Virus record (IMG/VR): IMGVR_UViG_3300025929_000014
Location: 1-64,000 of that record
From: a virus
DNA: 64,000 nt
Direction: 5' to 3' (one strand)
The translations under genes were made by a program, and so were the position numbers. Below are positions 18,267 to 31,200 of this stretch, piece by piece; within the stretch, counting starts at the first letter, position 1; each line of letters begins with the position of its first letter. Below the pieces are notes generated by a model that worked only from the letters and a program-made list of their open reading frames with translations, was not told where the DNA came from and did not search any database.

Positions 18267-18800
18267 CTATGCACTCCTGTGCTTAGGCTGGCACCATTCC
18301 GGCATGGTCAAACCGTACTCTTTAACGATAGCTCGCCGCCTCTGTACGCGTTGCCGTTGCGCTTGCCTATCCTCACGCCGGTCGAATCGCCGGTTATGTG
18401 CGTTGCGTGCGCGCATCTTCTCGTATTCACCGGAGGCGTGCTTGGCTTCATCGTCCGCGTAGGGTTCAGGACGGCAATCCTCACATTCGCACCATTCGCG
18501 CTGCTCAAGATCGTCGCTATCCTTGGTACATATCGCGTTGAAGATGATGCGATGGCAACAGTCGCAATAGGTGATGCGCAGATCTTCGTAGTTGTCGGTA
18601 TTCAGGAGCATATACCGGAGAGAACCACCCGGCTTGATACGCATACCAACGATGCGCGGATGGTCGCCATCCCAATCTTGCGTCCAAGGGTACAAGGAGT
18701 CGAAGCACGCATGACAGACGATGGTGTTTACGTCGTGGTCCGAACGGCTGTAGTCTGTGCGGATGCACTCGAACGCGTCGATTGGGTAGAGGCGTGGCAC
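18267..18800 (-). CDS. Early Cys-rich hypothetical protein
   Basis: GTG after AAGGAG. CxxC motifs and a basic C-terminus. Confidence 0.6.
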   Translation of the reverse strand: MPRLYPIDAFECIRTDYSRSDHDVNTIVCHACFDSLYPWTQDWDGDHPRIVGMRIKPGGSLRYMLLNTDNYEDLRITYCDCCHRIIFNAICTKDSDDLEQREWCECEDCRPEPYADDEAKHASGEYEKMRARNAHNRRFDRREDRQAQRQRVQRRRAIVKEYGLTMPEWCQPKHRSA

Positions 18801-18890
18801 GGTCGTTCTCCTTCTCGCTTGGGGGAGAAGCTCGCTTGCCCTCCCCACACTTCTAACTATGGGCCATCGGTTTACCGGATGCAACATTCG

Positions 18891-19082
18891 CTACAGACGT
18901 ATGGTGTACTCAATAGTGGGCGTGCCCGCGCCGGAAAGGTCGAACCCGCGTACTTCCGCCTCGTCGTATCCGCCAGTGTCTATGGCAGATCGCGCTGCGC
19001 GCTTTGCATCCGCCAGTGTCGCGTAGGGTGAAAGGTCTTCTACCAGATTACCATCTACAAAGAGCCATACTTCATATTCCAT
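18891..19082 (-). CDS. Small acidic early protein
   Basis: GAGGGGAG SD. Confidence 0.6.
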   Translation of the reverse strand: MEYEVWLFVDGNLVEDLSPYATLADAKRAARSAIDTGGYDEAEVRGFDLSGAGTPTIEYTIRL

Positions 19083-19096
19083 CGGTCGATCTCCCC

Positions 19097-19321
19097 TCAG
19101 ATAGAGCCTTGACATCGCGTGCATGTCGCGCCGTCCAGCGTAACCGGCATGTAATGCCAGTGATTGATCTCTCCTCGCTCCCAGTTACGTGGGTGCATCA
19201 CCGCGTCTCGACATGGCTTGCAATGCACTTGCCCGCTACCATCAGGTATCTGGATATACTCCATATTGCCGTCGGGATGTGTGACCAGATCCAGGTTTGC
19301 CGTCATGTATGCTGCTGCCAT
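19097..19321 (-). CDS. Small Zn-binding early protein
   Basis: Two CxxC motifs. GAGGAG SD. Confidence 0.6.
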   Translation of the reverse strand: MAAAYMTANLDLVTHPDGNMEYIQIPDGSGQVHCKPCRDAVMHPRNWERGEINHWHYMPVTLDGATCTRCQGSI

Positions 19322-19387
19322 CGGTCGATCTCTCCTCGTGTGGCCGGGAGCTTCATCCTTGCGGAAGCTCCCACATCGCGACGTGTG

Positions 19388-20116
19388 CTATGCCTCTGGA
19401 TGGCGCGAATCGTAGATAACCTCGTTGTTGTAGCTATCGCCAGATGGGCACATGTAGCGAACCTGTACAACCACGTCCGCGTACTCAGGATCTAGCGCAA
19501 GCTCTTTTGCATGCGAGATGGCGTCGTCTTGCTCGCCGTCCTGATACTCTCGTACCCGCATGGCCGGTCCACATCCGTACTGAAACCTATCGTAGCGGTC
19601 CCATTTTTGGGGGTTTTTGTTGGCGAATCTCTCCGGTACTGCGACTACCATCAGGCAATCTTGACCGAGCCGGATTAGCGCTTTGCAATCGTCGCAGTAG
19701 ATGGCGTGCTCGTAATCCTGGATGTGCGAATAGCACACATGCAGATCATCTGGGCCAAGCTCGCCAGCCATCAGCGCCTTACGTGCGCAATCTAGGCACA
19801 TCTCCTCACCATTGCTGTTCAGATCCGCCACCCAATCGCCGCTGATCTCAAGGTCGTCGTAGCCAGAGAAGCCGACATTGCGCGAAGACCAGCCGTAGGT
19901 CTGATTGTCCAGTAGTGCGGTGAGATTACTCACAATCTGCGCGTAGGTGGTGTACTTGCCTTGCGCGTCGATGTAGCGATGCCATTCGGGCGTCTGCGTG
20001 CCCGTCCATTCGACCTTGCGCGCTTCCATCAGCTTGGCGTAGCGGCCTGCCTGTAGGGCGGCCATGTGGCGCGTGTGGATGGCTTGCTGGCGGTCAGTCT
20101 TCTCGATGGCGGCCAT
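19388..20116 (-). CDS. Early hypothetical protein
   Basis: Start revised to MAAIEK after AAGGAG. Confidence 0.7.
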   Translation of the reverse strand: MAAIEKTDRQQAIHTRHMAALQAGRYAKLMEARKVEWTGTQTPEWHRYIDAQGKYTTYAQIVSNLTALLDNQTYGWSSRNVGFSGYDDLEISGDWVADLNSNGEEMCLDCARKALMAGELGPDDLHVCYSHIQDYEHAIYCDDCKALIRLGQDCLMVVAVPERFANKNPQKWDRYDRFQYGCGPAMRVREYQDGEQDDAISHAKELALDPEYADVVVQVRYMCPSGDSYNNEVIYDSRHPEA

Positions 20117-20210
20117 GGTGTGTGCTCCTTCTTGCGTCTCGCGCTCCGTCGTTCGGTGCGCCTCACATTCCCCATACTGGGGGTGTAAGGCGCATGCCGT
20201 CAACATTCGA

Positions 20211-20483
20211 TTATGCCTTGCGTGCTATCTGTTCGGGATAGAGGCTTGCGCGCCATGTCGTGTAGGGATGCTCGACACTGCCGTATGTCGCGCCGTCGAA
20301 CTCCACCAATACAAAGCAATGTCGATTGCCCCTCACTGGCGGTACGTCCGGGTTTATGACGCGTGCCGTCTGGCCCTTGCGGAGCCATTGCGTGGGATTG
20401 CCAGCATAACCGGAGTAATAGGCTTCCACATCGGCACCAACGATCACCACGTCGCCGGGTTGTAGCTGTGTCCGTCGCACCAT
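20211..20483 (-). CDS. Small beta-rich (SH3/KOW-like) early protein
   Basis: LQPGDVVIV...KGQTARV...VLVEFD. Confidence 0.5.
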   Translation of the reverse strand: MVRRTQLQPGDVVIVGADVEAYYSGYAGNPTQWLRKGQTARVINPDVPPVRGNRHCFVLVEFDGATYGSVEHPYTTWRASLYPEQIARKA

Positions 20484-20541
20484 GGCCGTTCTCCTTCTAC
20501 CAGAGGGAGCCATCCAATGTGGCTCCCTGTCAACATTCGAT

Positions 20542-21186
20542 CTACTTCTTCGCGCACTCTGGCCCCATGCCCCTGTTCAAGCTCGCCGGTACAGTCAGCG
20601 TGCGTCCACATCGGCAGCACTGCCCAGACTCCATGGCGTATGCCTCGCCGTACTTGGCTAGCTCCTCGCTTGTCGCGCCGAACAGGATAGCGACTGCCGC
20701 CTTTTGCCGCTCGTAGCCGTTCGCATAGTTGCGCCAGTAGCGTAGCGTGCCATTAGGCTGGATATCGCCCATGCCGGTGTAGTCCTGCTCATTGTTTGAT
20801 CCTGAGAGATAGCTCAAGACCATGTGGCCGGATGCCTTGCCGTTCCACTGGCGGACCCGCAATGTGACATGGCTTCCATCGGGAAAGGCGACGGTGTAGT
20901 AGCCTTGCGCTACTGTGCGGGTTGTCTCGATGGCTGGCGTCGATGGCGCATCCGCGTAATCGGCCAGTGTAACCGGCGCTATGGGGGTAGCCGCCTTGAC
21001 GATGGCAAGTGACCATCGGCGGAGTACCTCAGCCGCCTTGTCAGCGGCGAGCCGTTCGCCGTCCATCAGGCTGCACGCGAAGCCGTAGGCTTCAGGCCAT
21101 GAGTACATATCCTCTGCGGACCATTCGCCGCCGATAGCTTTCGCTATCTTGGCCGCTCGTTCTGGGCTGGCAATCACAGATGCCAT
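20542..21186 (-). CDS. DUF6011-domain protein
   Basis: C-terminal SGQCCRCGRTLTVPASLNRGMGPECA. Confidence 0.75.
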   Translation of the reverse strand: MASVIASPERAAKIAKAIGGEWSAEDMYSWPEAYGFACSLMDGERLAADKAAEVLRRWSLAIVKAATPIAPVTLADYADAPSTPAIETTRTVAQGYYTVAFPDGSHVTLRVRQWNGKASGHMVLSYLSGSNNEQDYTGMGDIQPNGTLRYWRNYANGYERQKAAVAILFGATSEELAKYGEAYAMESGQCCRCGRTLTVPASLNRGMGPECAKK

Positions 21187-21268
21187 GTTCGCGTTCCTTC
21201 CGACTAAGTGCGGCATCCGTTCGTGCCGCACTTCCTACTATGGGCTATCGGTTTACTGGGTGCAACAT

Positions 21269-21781
21269 TCAGACGATATGTCGGCGGACCTTGCACATTC
21301 TGGCGCTGTTGTCCAGGCTGATGCGGGAGTCTACGATAAACCGCATACGCTTGGGCTTCTCAGCCGTGCCACGCGTGATGATTAGGTACAGCATGTCATG
21401 ATGCAGTGACGCATCGTTAAGAAGCTGGTTGTTGTTCCCGGCCATGTACTCGACCGTTAGCTTGTCGCCCACCTTGAGCAAATCAATCAGCGCGCCGAGC
21501 GTTCCCAGATCGTCGTACTTGTAGCGGGTGACGGAATCCACAGCAGCGTACACCTCGTAGCATCCATAGTCGTCGCCTAGATCCCCCTGATAGCAACGCG
21601 TAGCGGTTACTACGTTAATGCGATGGCGTTGCTCCCATGGGTTCTTGTCGTCCGCCTCCTTGTAGGCTTCGACATAAGATTCGTTCTTGTCCCGGTCATA
21701 CCGGAAGATCGCTCTATCGCATGTCTTGAGCCGTGCGATGTCTTGGGCGGTGATGGCGTAGGGCTCCTGGTAGGCGTCCAT
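21269..21781 (-). CDS. Early hypothetical protein
   Basis: CAGGAG SD after a cassette. Confidence 0.7.
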   Translation of the reverse strand: MDAYQEPYAITAQDIARLKTCDRAIFRYDRDKNESYVEAYKEADDKNPWEQRHRINVVTATRCYQGDLGDDYGCYEVYAAVDSVTRYKYDDLGTLGALIDLLKVGDKLTVEYMAGNNNQLLNDASLHHDMLYLIITRGTAEKPKRMRFIVDSRISLDNSARMCKVRRHIV

Positions 21782-21801
21782 TGTGCTGTACTCCTGTTTG
21801 A

Positions 21802-22560
21802 CTAGCGGCGCGTCGTTCGCGCCTCACATTCCCCATACTGAGGCTTCCGTTGCATCCCGTCAACATTGGGCGCAAGATCCGTCATCATCCAGACGGAGAC
21901 AAACGGCTCCGGGCTGTTGTCCAGGCCGTAATCGTGCGGCCAGTCTCGACCAGTGATGAAGGATAGTGCATGTTGGCGACTAGCGCCCTCGTGGCGTGTG
22001 GCGAGCTTTGCCATTTTCTTTACTCCTCGTCTTCCTCTTCAACATAGGGTGTAGGCTCTGGCAGCGTTTCGATGTCTACCGGCTCCTTAGTGCAGAGCCA
22101 GACCTTATACTGAAAGCCGTTCTCTCTTGACATGCCGCGCTCTCTTGCGTTGTAGGCAAAGAACTCTGCTACAGAGTGCAGATCGGCTCCCGATCCTTCG
22201 CTGCTGTAAGCTCGTGCGTATCCGCTGACGTTCATATGCTCCGGCCAGAAGATCATCGCCTGATACCATTCTGTCTTTGCCATTGTCCTACTCTCCTACA
22301 GGCTTGACGGCGAAAGAGCCTATCCGGTTGCCGTTGACATCGCGCAAAGACTCCGTATGAAACAATGGCCGCTCGATGTAGCTTGTATGCTGCAAGCCTC
22401 CAGGCTTCGGCGTACATGCCACCCTATGGGGCAGGAGAGAGCCAGCGTAGTCCGCCTCCAGCCGTCTGGCTACCTCGCGCAGTGTGCGCGCCACGTCTCG
22501 ACCCGTCCGCATCATGTCATTGCCAAGCTCGATTGTCAGTGTAAACTCTACGTCTTCCAT
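21802..22560 (-). other. Three small hypothetical CDSs (21802-22014, 22020-22283, 22288-22560)
   Basis: Tightly packed with SDs. The first reads through promoter cassette 10. Confidence 0.6.
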
Positions 22561-22621
22561 CGTCCTATCCCTTCAGGTGAGGGAGCCAGTGTTAGGTCTG
22601 GCTCCCATTCTTGCAGCGCGA

Positions 22622-23035
<414 letters not shown>

Positions 23036-23090
23036 GGTCCTCATCCTCTCGTATAGTGGGCGGTGACTCGTTCGCCTCGCCCTGACACTC

Positions 23091-25874
23091 TCAACTATTG
23101 GCCTTGCGTTGTCGGGATGCAACTTTCAGCAAAGACTCGTAATTGTGCAGAGCATTCTGGAGGTGCCGCGTAAAAGCGCGCTGTTGCTGCTCCAGCCCCT
23201 CGATCTGTACCATCGCGGCGTCACGCAGCCGTTTCAGACCATCGCACACCATCTGGTATGCTTCGGCGTCGTATTCAGCCAGGTAATACATGTTCTGGGT
23301 GAAACGCTCGTATGTCTGATCCAGGTGGTAGTACGCACCCCTGATGCCCTCAGCGTTGATTTGCGACCGGAGTACGGCAGTGTACAGGGGGTGATCTACA
23401 ACTTTCGGTCCAGACTCGTGCCAGTTCTTGTATTGCTGGCGCGAGGCGCGTTGACGTTGCCGCTCGCGCCGTCGATGTTCACGCATGGCTTCCTGTCCTC
23501 TCGTTAGGCCGTCGCACACAGGGCGTGCAGTGCTTTATTTGCACTGTCGATGGCTTCCGGGATTAGCTCCGCGATTATCTCGCGGATGTAAGGATCGTCT
23601 GCACCTTCGGCCTCGATGTTGTGTAGGCTGTCATAGCCAAGCTCGATCCCGGCGCGACTGGCTGTGACTGTCACGTAGTAGTAACTGGCTTCGCGATCTC
23701 CGGCGCAGTATTCCATATCGCGCCGTCTGGCGCGTTGCTCCTGTAGCCATGCCTGGTGGCGCGCATAACCCCGTTCGGAGGCGTACTTGGCTATGCCCTC
23801 GCAATTCGGGCTGTAGTGATAAGGCGCATGGCTTTCCCAACTGCGCCAGCTACTATAACCTCCTTCTGCATGATGCTTAGGATTTACCAGACTTCCAGGC
23901 TGCCATGTGTCGGAGAAATCACCACAACACTCGTCAGGCTCCGGGTACTCCTCGTAGTCAACTTTCACCTTGATCTGAAAGCCGTCGCGCTCCATGCGCC
24001 CATGATCGTCCAGGTCTTCGAGCAGCGCATCAATTCGCGCTCGATGCCGGATACCATCTAGAGCATGCTTGGCTGTGGGAATGTGATCGCCGTCCGGGCG
24101 ACGTGCGCGCTTGTAGGCCGCGTAGCTAATTGCCGTCATTTTCGTTCTCCGTTAGCCGCAAGTAGATGCTCGCCATCTCAGAGAGAGGCATAGGCCGGAT
24201 AGTCTCCTCTTGAAAGGTGATCTCGTAGCCAAACTCCACCGGATGCGTCTCAAGGCTCAGAAGCCACCACTCGACCAGCTTCTTCTCCGCGTCTGGGTCG
24301 CCCCACGATACAATGCGGGTGGAATGGACTAGCTCGCCGTACTTGTTGTGGATGTAACCTACAAAGTGCGTCTCTGGGCTCATAACGCGCTTCCCTCTTT
24401 ACTCAGGGGCGACTCGTTGCCGCCCCGACATCACTTACTCTGAGCCTTACTGTTGTTCCCCGTCAACATTCCAGGCATAGTCCTTGATTTCGGCCATGGT
24501 TTGTAGGACAGCGATCAGTTGATATGGTTGCGTGTACGGCAGCTTCAGCAAAGCACAGGCGGTGTTTGCCAGATGCGCGTGCATGCCGTCAAGAATACCG
24601 TCGTCCTCCTGCCCGCTCTCGCGAAACCTATCTGCATAATCCAGAGCGGCCTTGAGATCTTCACGCACCTGGCGAGCACCCGCACCGTCACAGCCCCAAG
24701 CACCCCGCAACAGGACGAAAATACGCCCTCCTAGCACTAGCTTGCTCATGTGTTTGTCCCCAACCAGGCATCCAACATCGACATGAACGCATGGCGATTA
24801 GTCAGATCCAGGCAGCAGGCATCCTCCAGGCGGATAGGATCGCCGCTTCGCATCGAGAAGAAGGCTCGCAAGAGAAAGGTCGAGCCATGGCTGAGGTAAT
24901 CGAGATCCACCAGCCGAATCTTGCGGTAGGGGCGCTCTGGGGTCATATCCTCGATAAACCCCTTCATCATCTCTGAGTGCTTCAGGAGAGCGGCTATCGC
25001 AGCCGCCTCCCGGTCGTCGTTGTAGTAAGCGCCTTCAGTGATGGGCTCGTAAGGAAATCTATTCATGATGTTGCCTCCAGACGCTTAAACAACTCAGGGT
25101 GGATCTCTCGCGCTTGCTGTTCGGAGATCCGCTTACACACGTCGCGTAGCCAATCTACGCTGACGGAGCAACCACACGCAGGACTATCGGCGTGAAAGAG
25201 TACAGCCGCAACGCACTCGATAAAGTAGGTTTGATCATTCCAGAAGCAATGATTGCGGTCTGGGGTGCCGTGTTCCGTCACTGGTATAGCGACCACGTTG
25301 CCGGTGTGCTTGCCCTTGCGCTTGTCTTGCGCCGTCTCGTGCTCAAGATAGAATCGCCAGCCGTTCATGACTCATCCTCCACGCACCCATAAGGGACATC
25401 CCAGTTACCCGTATCGCTGGAGAACTCAATCACCTGCCCGCACTTCGCGCAAGTATGCGTGTAGCTGTAGCCATTCGGTGATTCCCAGTGCTCAGGGAGC
25501 GGGGTATGATCGGAACGCTCGACCTCGTGCCGGATAGCCTCGATGGTTTCCAGCGTCTCTTCCCACTCCTCGTTCGAGAAGTCGTCTTCATCCGCATAGA
25601 TGTGGTCATCAAGATATTCCTGCCACTCCTGCGCGGCTTCGACGGCTTCCGTATTCGCCGGGTCCACCAACACCGTCTCAACCCAGCCGACGAGATCATG
25701 CCCTGCTTCCTCGATTGCGATTGACTCCGGGAAGCGTTTAAGAAGATCCGCATGGACCACCCGGAAGTTCGAGCGCCCTAACGCCTCGCTGTCCCGATGC
25801 TTGCCTATCACGATCAACCAGTCCGCCCTGTCACCCCAGTAAGCGAAGTTCTGCTGCTTGGCTACCGCTAACAT
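23091..25874 (-). other. Seven early hypothetical CDSs (23091-23486, 23504-24139, 24126-24383, 24447-24749, 24746-25066, 25063-25368, 25365-25874)
   Basis: Coupled start/stop overlaps and SDs. 25365-25874 carries the HRDS..SNF...GWVE motif that recurs in phage early genes. Confidence 0.65.
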
Positions 25875-25967
25875 AGTCGTTGCTCCTTGCTTGTTCGCGT
25901 CGCCCCGTCGGCGTCGCCTCACATTCCCTACTCTGGGCCTGGAAGGCGACACCCGTCAACTTTCGAT

Positions 25968-27317
25968 TTAGTAGTAGACGTAGCAGCATGCCTCGACGGG
26001 CAAACCCAGCGCCTTCAATCGCGTAGACACTAGCTCGCACTCAAAATCCAGATAAAGATCTCCCACAAGCGACAGGTAGGAATCGAAGTCGGTATCGCGT
26101 AAGTCTTCTTTGCCCTCCGCAATCGGCATATCGACTACCACCTCGAACGCGCCCGGATCGTATTCCCCCTCGCAGCCCGGAGGAAAATACTTGAGTTGCA
26201 AGCAAGCATCTGTCAGACGCCCCAGCCGCAAAGCTACCTCGCGTAGTTCACTCTCCAGGGCAGGATGCGCTGCGATGAAGGCATCCATTTCTTCGGGAGA
26301 GCCGTACTCACTGTCATCGGCGTACAGGCCATCAAGCACACGTCGCATCATCATGTCGAGTAGCTCTCCCCTGCCTCGTCGGTAATGTGCTCAGCATAAA
26401 TCTCATCATCCAGGTTCATGCGATACCAGTCGCATTCCTCAGCCATCGCTCCGGCCCATGCACCCAGCCGTTCGCGTAGGGCTTGCGCGCTATCGGCCTC
26501 CACCTCCAGAATGCCGATGCTGACTTCCTTCTTGAGAAACTTGACAAAGAACTTAGCCATAAACAATTTCTCCCAATACCGCACATTGGAGGAACACATC
26601 GCCGGTCTCAGCGTCCTCGTTCTCTTCCAGGAAGTGCGCGAGATGCCAGGGATACTTCTCAGCCATCACCTGGAAGCCGCGCTGAATGGCAGCGAAATCG
26701 AGCGTATGCGGGGTCTTCTGGAAATCATCCTCCTCGAAGACCGTCACCGGCAGGCGAAGCGTGTCGCCATCAATGGTGTAGGGACGGCGATCACCGCTAG
26801 ACCAGTAGTGCGAACCCCCCTCGTAGGCGCAGCAGAGCAGGTCCACGATGCGCTTCTCAGGTATCTTGAGCAACACTTCAGCTATCATTCTCGTCCTCTT
26901 CTCTCAGCCTAAATCACTGTTTGGCGCGTGTCGGCGCATAAGGTTGTAGCCACAGCTATGGCTGGGCGCTCGTCGCACATACTTCCCTGGCACCAGATAG
27001 AGCAGGTCTGCGGCGTCCACATCGGCCCCAGCTTCAGGGTCATAGAGGAAATCGTTGAGTGCCGATGGCACCTCCCACAACGTCCTGGTCGATTCCTTGT
27101 AGCAGAACAGTTCGCTGTCGCCACCAATCCCCCACATGTCCTCGAAGTCCCAGACTACCCGGCACTCCAGGCCAGTCAGGCGCTCGATGTCGGCCAGGAC
27201 GGAATCTACATCGTCGTCGGTATGGCCGTCCGCAAACGTGCCGCGAAGCTCCTCAAGCTCTTCGATACGCTGCTGGCGCGAGAGCGATTCATCGTGTGGC
27301 ACCATGATGTCGTGCAT
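25968..27317 (-). other. Acidic early CDSs (25968-26354, 26351-26560, 26553-26888, 26904-27317)
   Basis: Coupled ORFs. 26553-26888 ends DAETGDVFLQCAVLGEIVYG, a widespread phage early-gene motif. Confidence 0.65.
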
Positions 27318-27318
27318 G

Positions 27319-27558
27319 CTATTCCTCCCACTTCAGGCAGGGATACATGTCGTAAGATGCAGGCTCCAGCAGGCTGACCCCCTCGACACCGAAGTACGTA
27401 CAATCCTCTTCGCTCCAGGTAGTACCAGGATCACTGTTACCGTCCGTCTCCATTGCCAGATCATGGGCGTCACCGGCATCATAGTCGTCGGGCACCTCTA
27501 GCTCAAAAAACCCCGTTCGGACAATCGTCTCCTTGATCTCCACCCGGTATCGCTTCAT
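27319..27558 (-). CDS. DpnD/PcfM-like small protein
   Basis: MKRYRVEIKETIVRT..EV....A. Confidence 0.5.
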   Translation of the reverse strand: MKRYRVEIKETIVRTGFFELEVPDDYDAGDAHDLAMETDGNSDPGTTWSEEDCTYFGVEGVSLLEPASYDMYPCLKWEE

Positions 27559-27671
27559 GACGTGCTCCTTTAACTGCGTCGAGGGGAGTCCTGAGAGGAA
27601 CCGCTCCTTCAAGCGTGCTCCCCTCGACAGTTACCATGCTGGGCCTTGAAGTGGTCAGGGCGCAACTTTCG

Positions 27672-28268
27672 CTAGATGGCGTAGGCTTTCACGCGTTTTG
27701 AGAGATTCTTGCGCTCCTTTGTGACCAGAGTCTCCAGGCCGCGAATCTGCTCGTACCAGGCAGATAGCGGCTGCGCATTATACGTCAGGACGGAGCAGTC
27801 AGGGAATCCCCATGCGCCGCGATTCCATAGCGTGCCCGTTGTAAAGTGCGCGTAGAGATAGCCATCTTCCTGGAGCGCGATTTGATTGGCCTCAGCGATA
27901 GAGAGCGGCTGACCCTGCTTTTGCATCTCGCGCACCATCTTGGCGCGAATCTTCTGCGCTTGCATTACTAGGTCTCCTTAATGACTGTAGGCGGTAATGC
28001 GTGAGGATAAGTAACGATGGGGTACGCTGCTCTGCTGCTCATGCTCATCAAGCGGCTTATCGTAGTAGACCAGCACGGAGAAGTCAGGAAAGCCCCAGAT
28101 GCCCCGCTCGTAGCCGCCAACCGTGAGGTAATAGCCGAAGCGAATACCGCAATCGTTCCGCCTCGTTGCATACCGATGCACCTCTGTACACGAGAGAATC
28201 TCTCCCCGCTGCTTCATCTCCTTGACCACTTTGGCTCGGACCACCTGTGCGCAGGACTGTTTAGCCAT
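27672..28268 (-). other. Tandem paralog pair (27672-27965, 27978-28268)
   Basis: Both share AQ..RAK.V.EM...G..LS..E and RG.WGFPD.SVL.Y..PL. Confidence 0.8.
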
Positions 28269-31200
28269 CCTCGCCCTCCAGCAGTTGCACGGCAGCCAGC
28301 ACAGCCGCCAACAGGTCTCTAGGGTCGGCGCTCACGTCCATCAGAATATCGTTGGTTGCCTGCTTGAAGCGCTCGATACGCACGAGCGGATCGTTCGGCG
28401 CCCGGTACTCAATCTCATCGGTGATGCGCTTGCCATTCAGCGAGACGGTGACTTGCACGCCGCTCACGCCTATGCGGCTCACGCCGCAATGCTTGATCGT
28501 CGCCTTCAAGGTTGGATACACGGCATACCAGGAGGCTTCCTCATTCGGATAGCCATGATCCTCGTCGTCGTTGGTCCACTCCTCCACCAGATAAGAGCCA
28601 TCGGGGGCAGGCCCCAGCACGTCGATGGTATGTTGAGCGACCGCCTCCTCATCGCTAAAATGGGCCATTCTGACAAATGCTGCCCGGTCAAGGGCAATCA
28701 TCTCCTCGTTAGGACTCATCATTCACCTCCTCTACCGCGTCGAGCATCAGCACGCCGACATGCGTGGGATCACAGTCCCCCCAAGTAATCTCCTCGTCGC
28801 CCGACAGCGCTAAGGTTTGCGCCTCCTCCGGCGAATCGGCCTCGATATAGACGTGGCCGAACTCTACAGCCTCTATGGAAACCTGTACTCGAAACGTCTT
28901 CTTGCTCATGTGTGACCTCCTTCCCTACAGCTTCCATACTGGGCGTAGATGTTGTAGGGCGTCAAGTTTCAGTTGTATGGCAAATCGTAATACTGCACTT
29001 CGTCGGTCACGTCGATATTCTTGCGCCACGGAAAATCATTGGCGCATGCAGCCTTCTCCCAGTAAGCACCCCTGAACCACTGGCTCACACGCTTGGCCTG
29101 GTCGCAGTAGTAGCGGTAGCGACGCTCGACCTTACGGCTATCGCTGTCGTAGTTCATCTGCTGGCACCAGTCCTCAAACCCAGTGCCGGGATACTCACGC
29201 CAGCGCTCCAGGACTTGATAGAGCACATGCTCGACGAAATCCGGCCCACCATCGCTTCCAATATCGGCTCGATACAACGTGACCGTCAAACGCCCCTTGG
29301 TATCGCCGCGCCGGAGGACAACCTGAACCCACTTGAAGGCATCATAGTCTGGATCGCTCCAGGTCTCCTTATCTTCCAGGTTGCCGCGCAGGGCTTCAGG
29401 CGGAAGGTCCACATGCTTCGCGCCGATCACCTCTATCTGGTGACTAGCGATGAACTCAGCCAGCTTGCTCATCGGTCGCCTCCAGGGTCTTCGGCTTGCG
29501 TGCGCGAGGCTTGCGGACAGGTAATGCGGTAGCGGCCAGAGCCAGCGTGCCAGCCAGCGCCAGGTCGGCTTGTGTCAGCTTGCGGGCGCGAGCCTTCTTT
29601 GGGGGAGGCGCGACCAGCGCCTCTAGGGCTGCGATGGCCTTTTGCTCGGCCTGCTGAGCAGCGAAGGAATGGGCGCGCTCATGGGCGCGAGTGATGTAGT
29701 CGTACTGGCCAGGACGATAGGGCTTGTTTCTCATGGTTGCCTCCTTGGCTTAGCGCTCACTTCAATCTGGAAATAGAGATCGCGTTCATAGTTGCCTAAG
29801 ACTATTCCCCTCCTTGCGCACTCCGTCATGGTGTCCCAGGAAGTGAGATGGATGCTTTCCCCTGGTATAAACACATGGCCGTTGAATGTGAATCCTTCAC
29901 CAGCAGTGGATAAAAAGCATTCCCACCGGTAGCAGTCCTGCTGGGCGTGGCTCCAGTAGCCTGTGTTTGCTCGAAGCTCGTCGGCCTCGACCTGGATACC
30001 ATGTTCTCGCAGCAGGGCAGCCAGCTTCTCACGAGGCTTCATTGTTGAGAGCCTCAGCCCTGCGCTTGGCTCGAACGGCACGGAGAATCAGCATGCCGGG
30101 TCCGTGCTTATTCGGTACGTAATTACACGGCACCAAGTCGTTCTCCGGGTCGGCAATACAGTCACCGCACGCGACACCAACCTGACCGAAGAACTCCGAA
30201 TCCGTCAGCCGCCAGCCTCGACGCTCCAGGTCACGTAGGAAGTCAGACGGCATACCGCCCATGTAATCCTCTTCCTCGATGCCGCAGATTGAGCACTCGA
30301 CACGCCAACGGCAGATCGCCAGGTCGCGTTTGACAGAGAGCTTACCGATCATCTGGATTTGCCTCCTCCCATATCTCTTGCGCCTCATCCTCAATAGACT
30401 GAAGCGCTGCGTAGAACTCGTCCTCTGAGAAGGGATAGGCCAGATCGTGTGGCGTACAGCAGGCATCACTGCCCTCGACGATGGAGCCGACGGTAATCCC
30501 AGCTCGCTTCAAGGAGGAGTGAATGAGTATGTTCACCGTGCAGAGATGCTTACCAAGGTGAGGAGGAGACCACAATTCTACTACCGCAGAGGCGCGCACC
30601 TCAGCCATGCTCATACCAAGTTCTTCCGGCAGCCTGAGCAGTGCTTTGGTCGGACCAAACCAGACGGGAGACGACGCGCTGAAGTAGAAGACCAGATCCT
30701 CCGGCGTCTCCGGCGCGTCCATCCCACGCCATTTTCCATAACGGCCTCGCCGCCACTGAACAGCGACCGGACCTCCAATACAATCACGACAATCTACGGT
30801 GAACGTGATGCGCTCTTCGATGGGGATCGTGAGCGGATCGAACGAGATCCAGGCGCCGCAATCGGTGGACTTGTACACAACGCGCTCGATACGTTGTTCA
30901 AGCGGGTAGCTCTCCGTAGCATCCTGCGGGTCGATGCCCAGCGCCGATGCCAGGTCGCGAAGGTTCTTGATCATCGCCCCTCTTCCCTAATCTGCGCCTC
31001 TACGGCATCCATTTTGTCCTGGTCGGCGCGCACCTGATCGTATTCCGCCAGCTTGGCGCGCACCACATCCCAGTCGGCCATATCGAAGTGCAACGTAATG
31101 GAAGAGATCGCCAGACGCTCGACCATGGTCCGGCTATGTTCATAGTGGGGCAGCAGAGCGTCAGTAATGTTGCCGAACGCGCCGTAGTGCTCATCGACAT

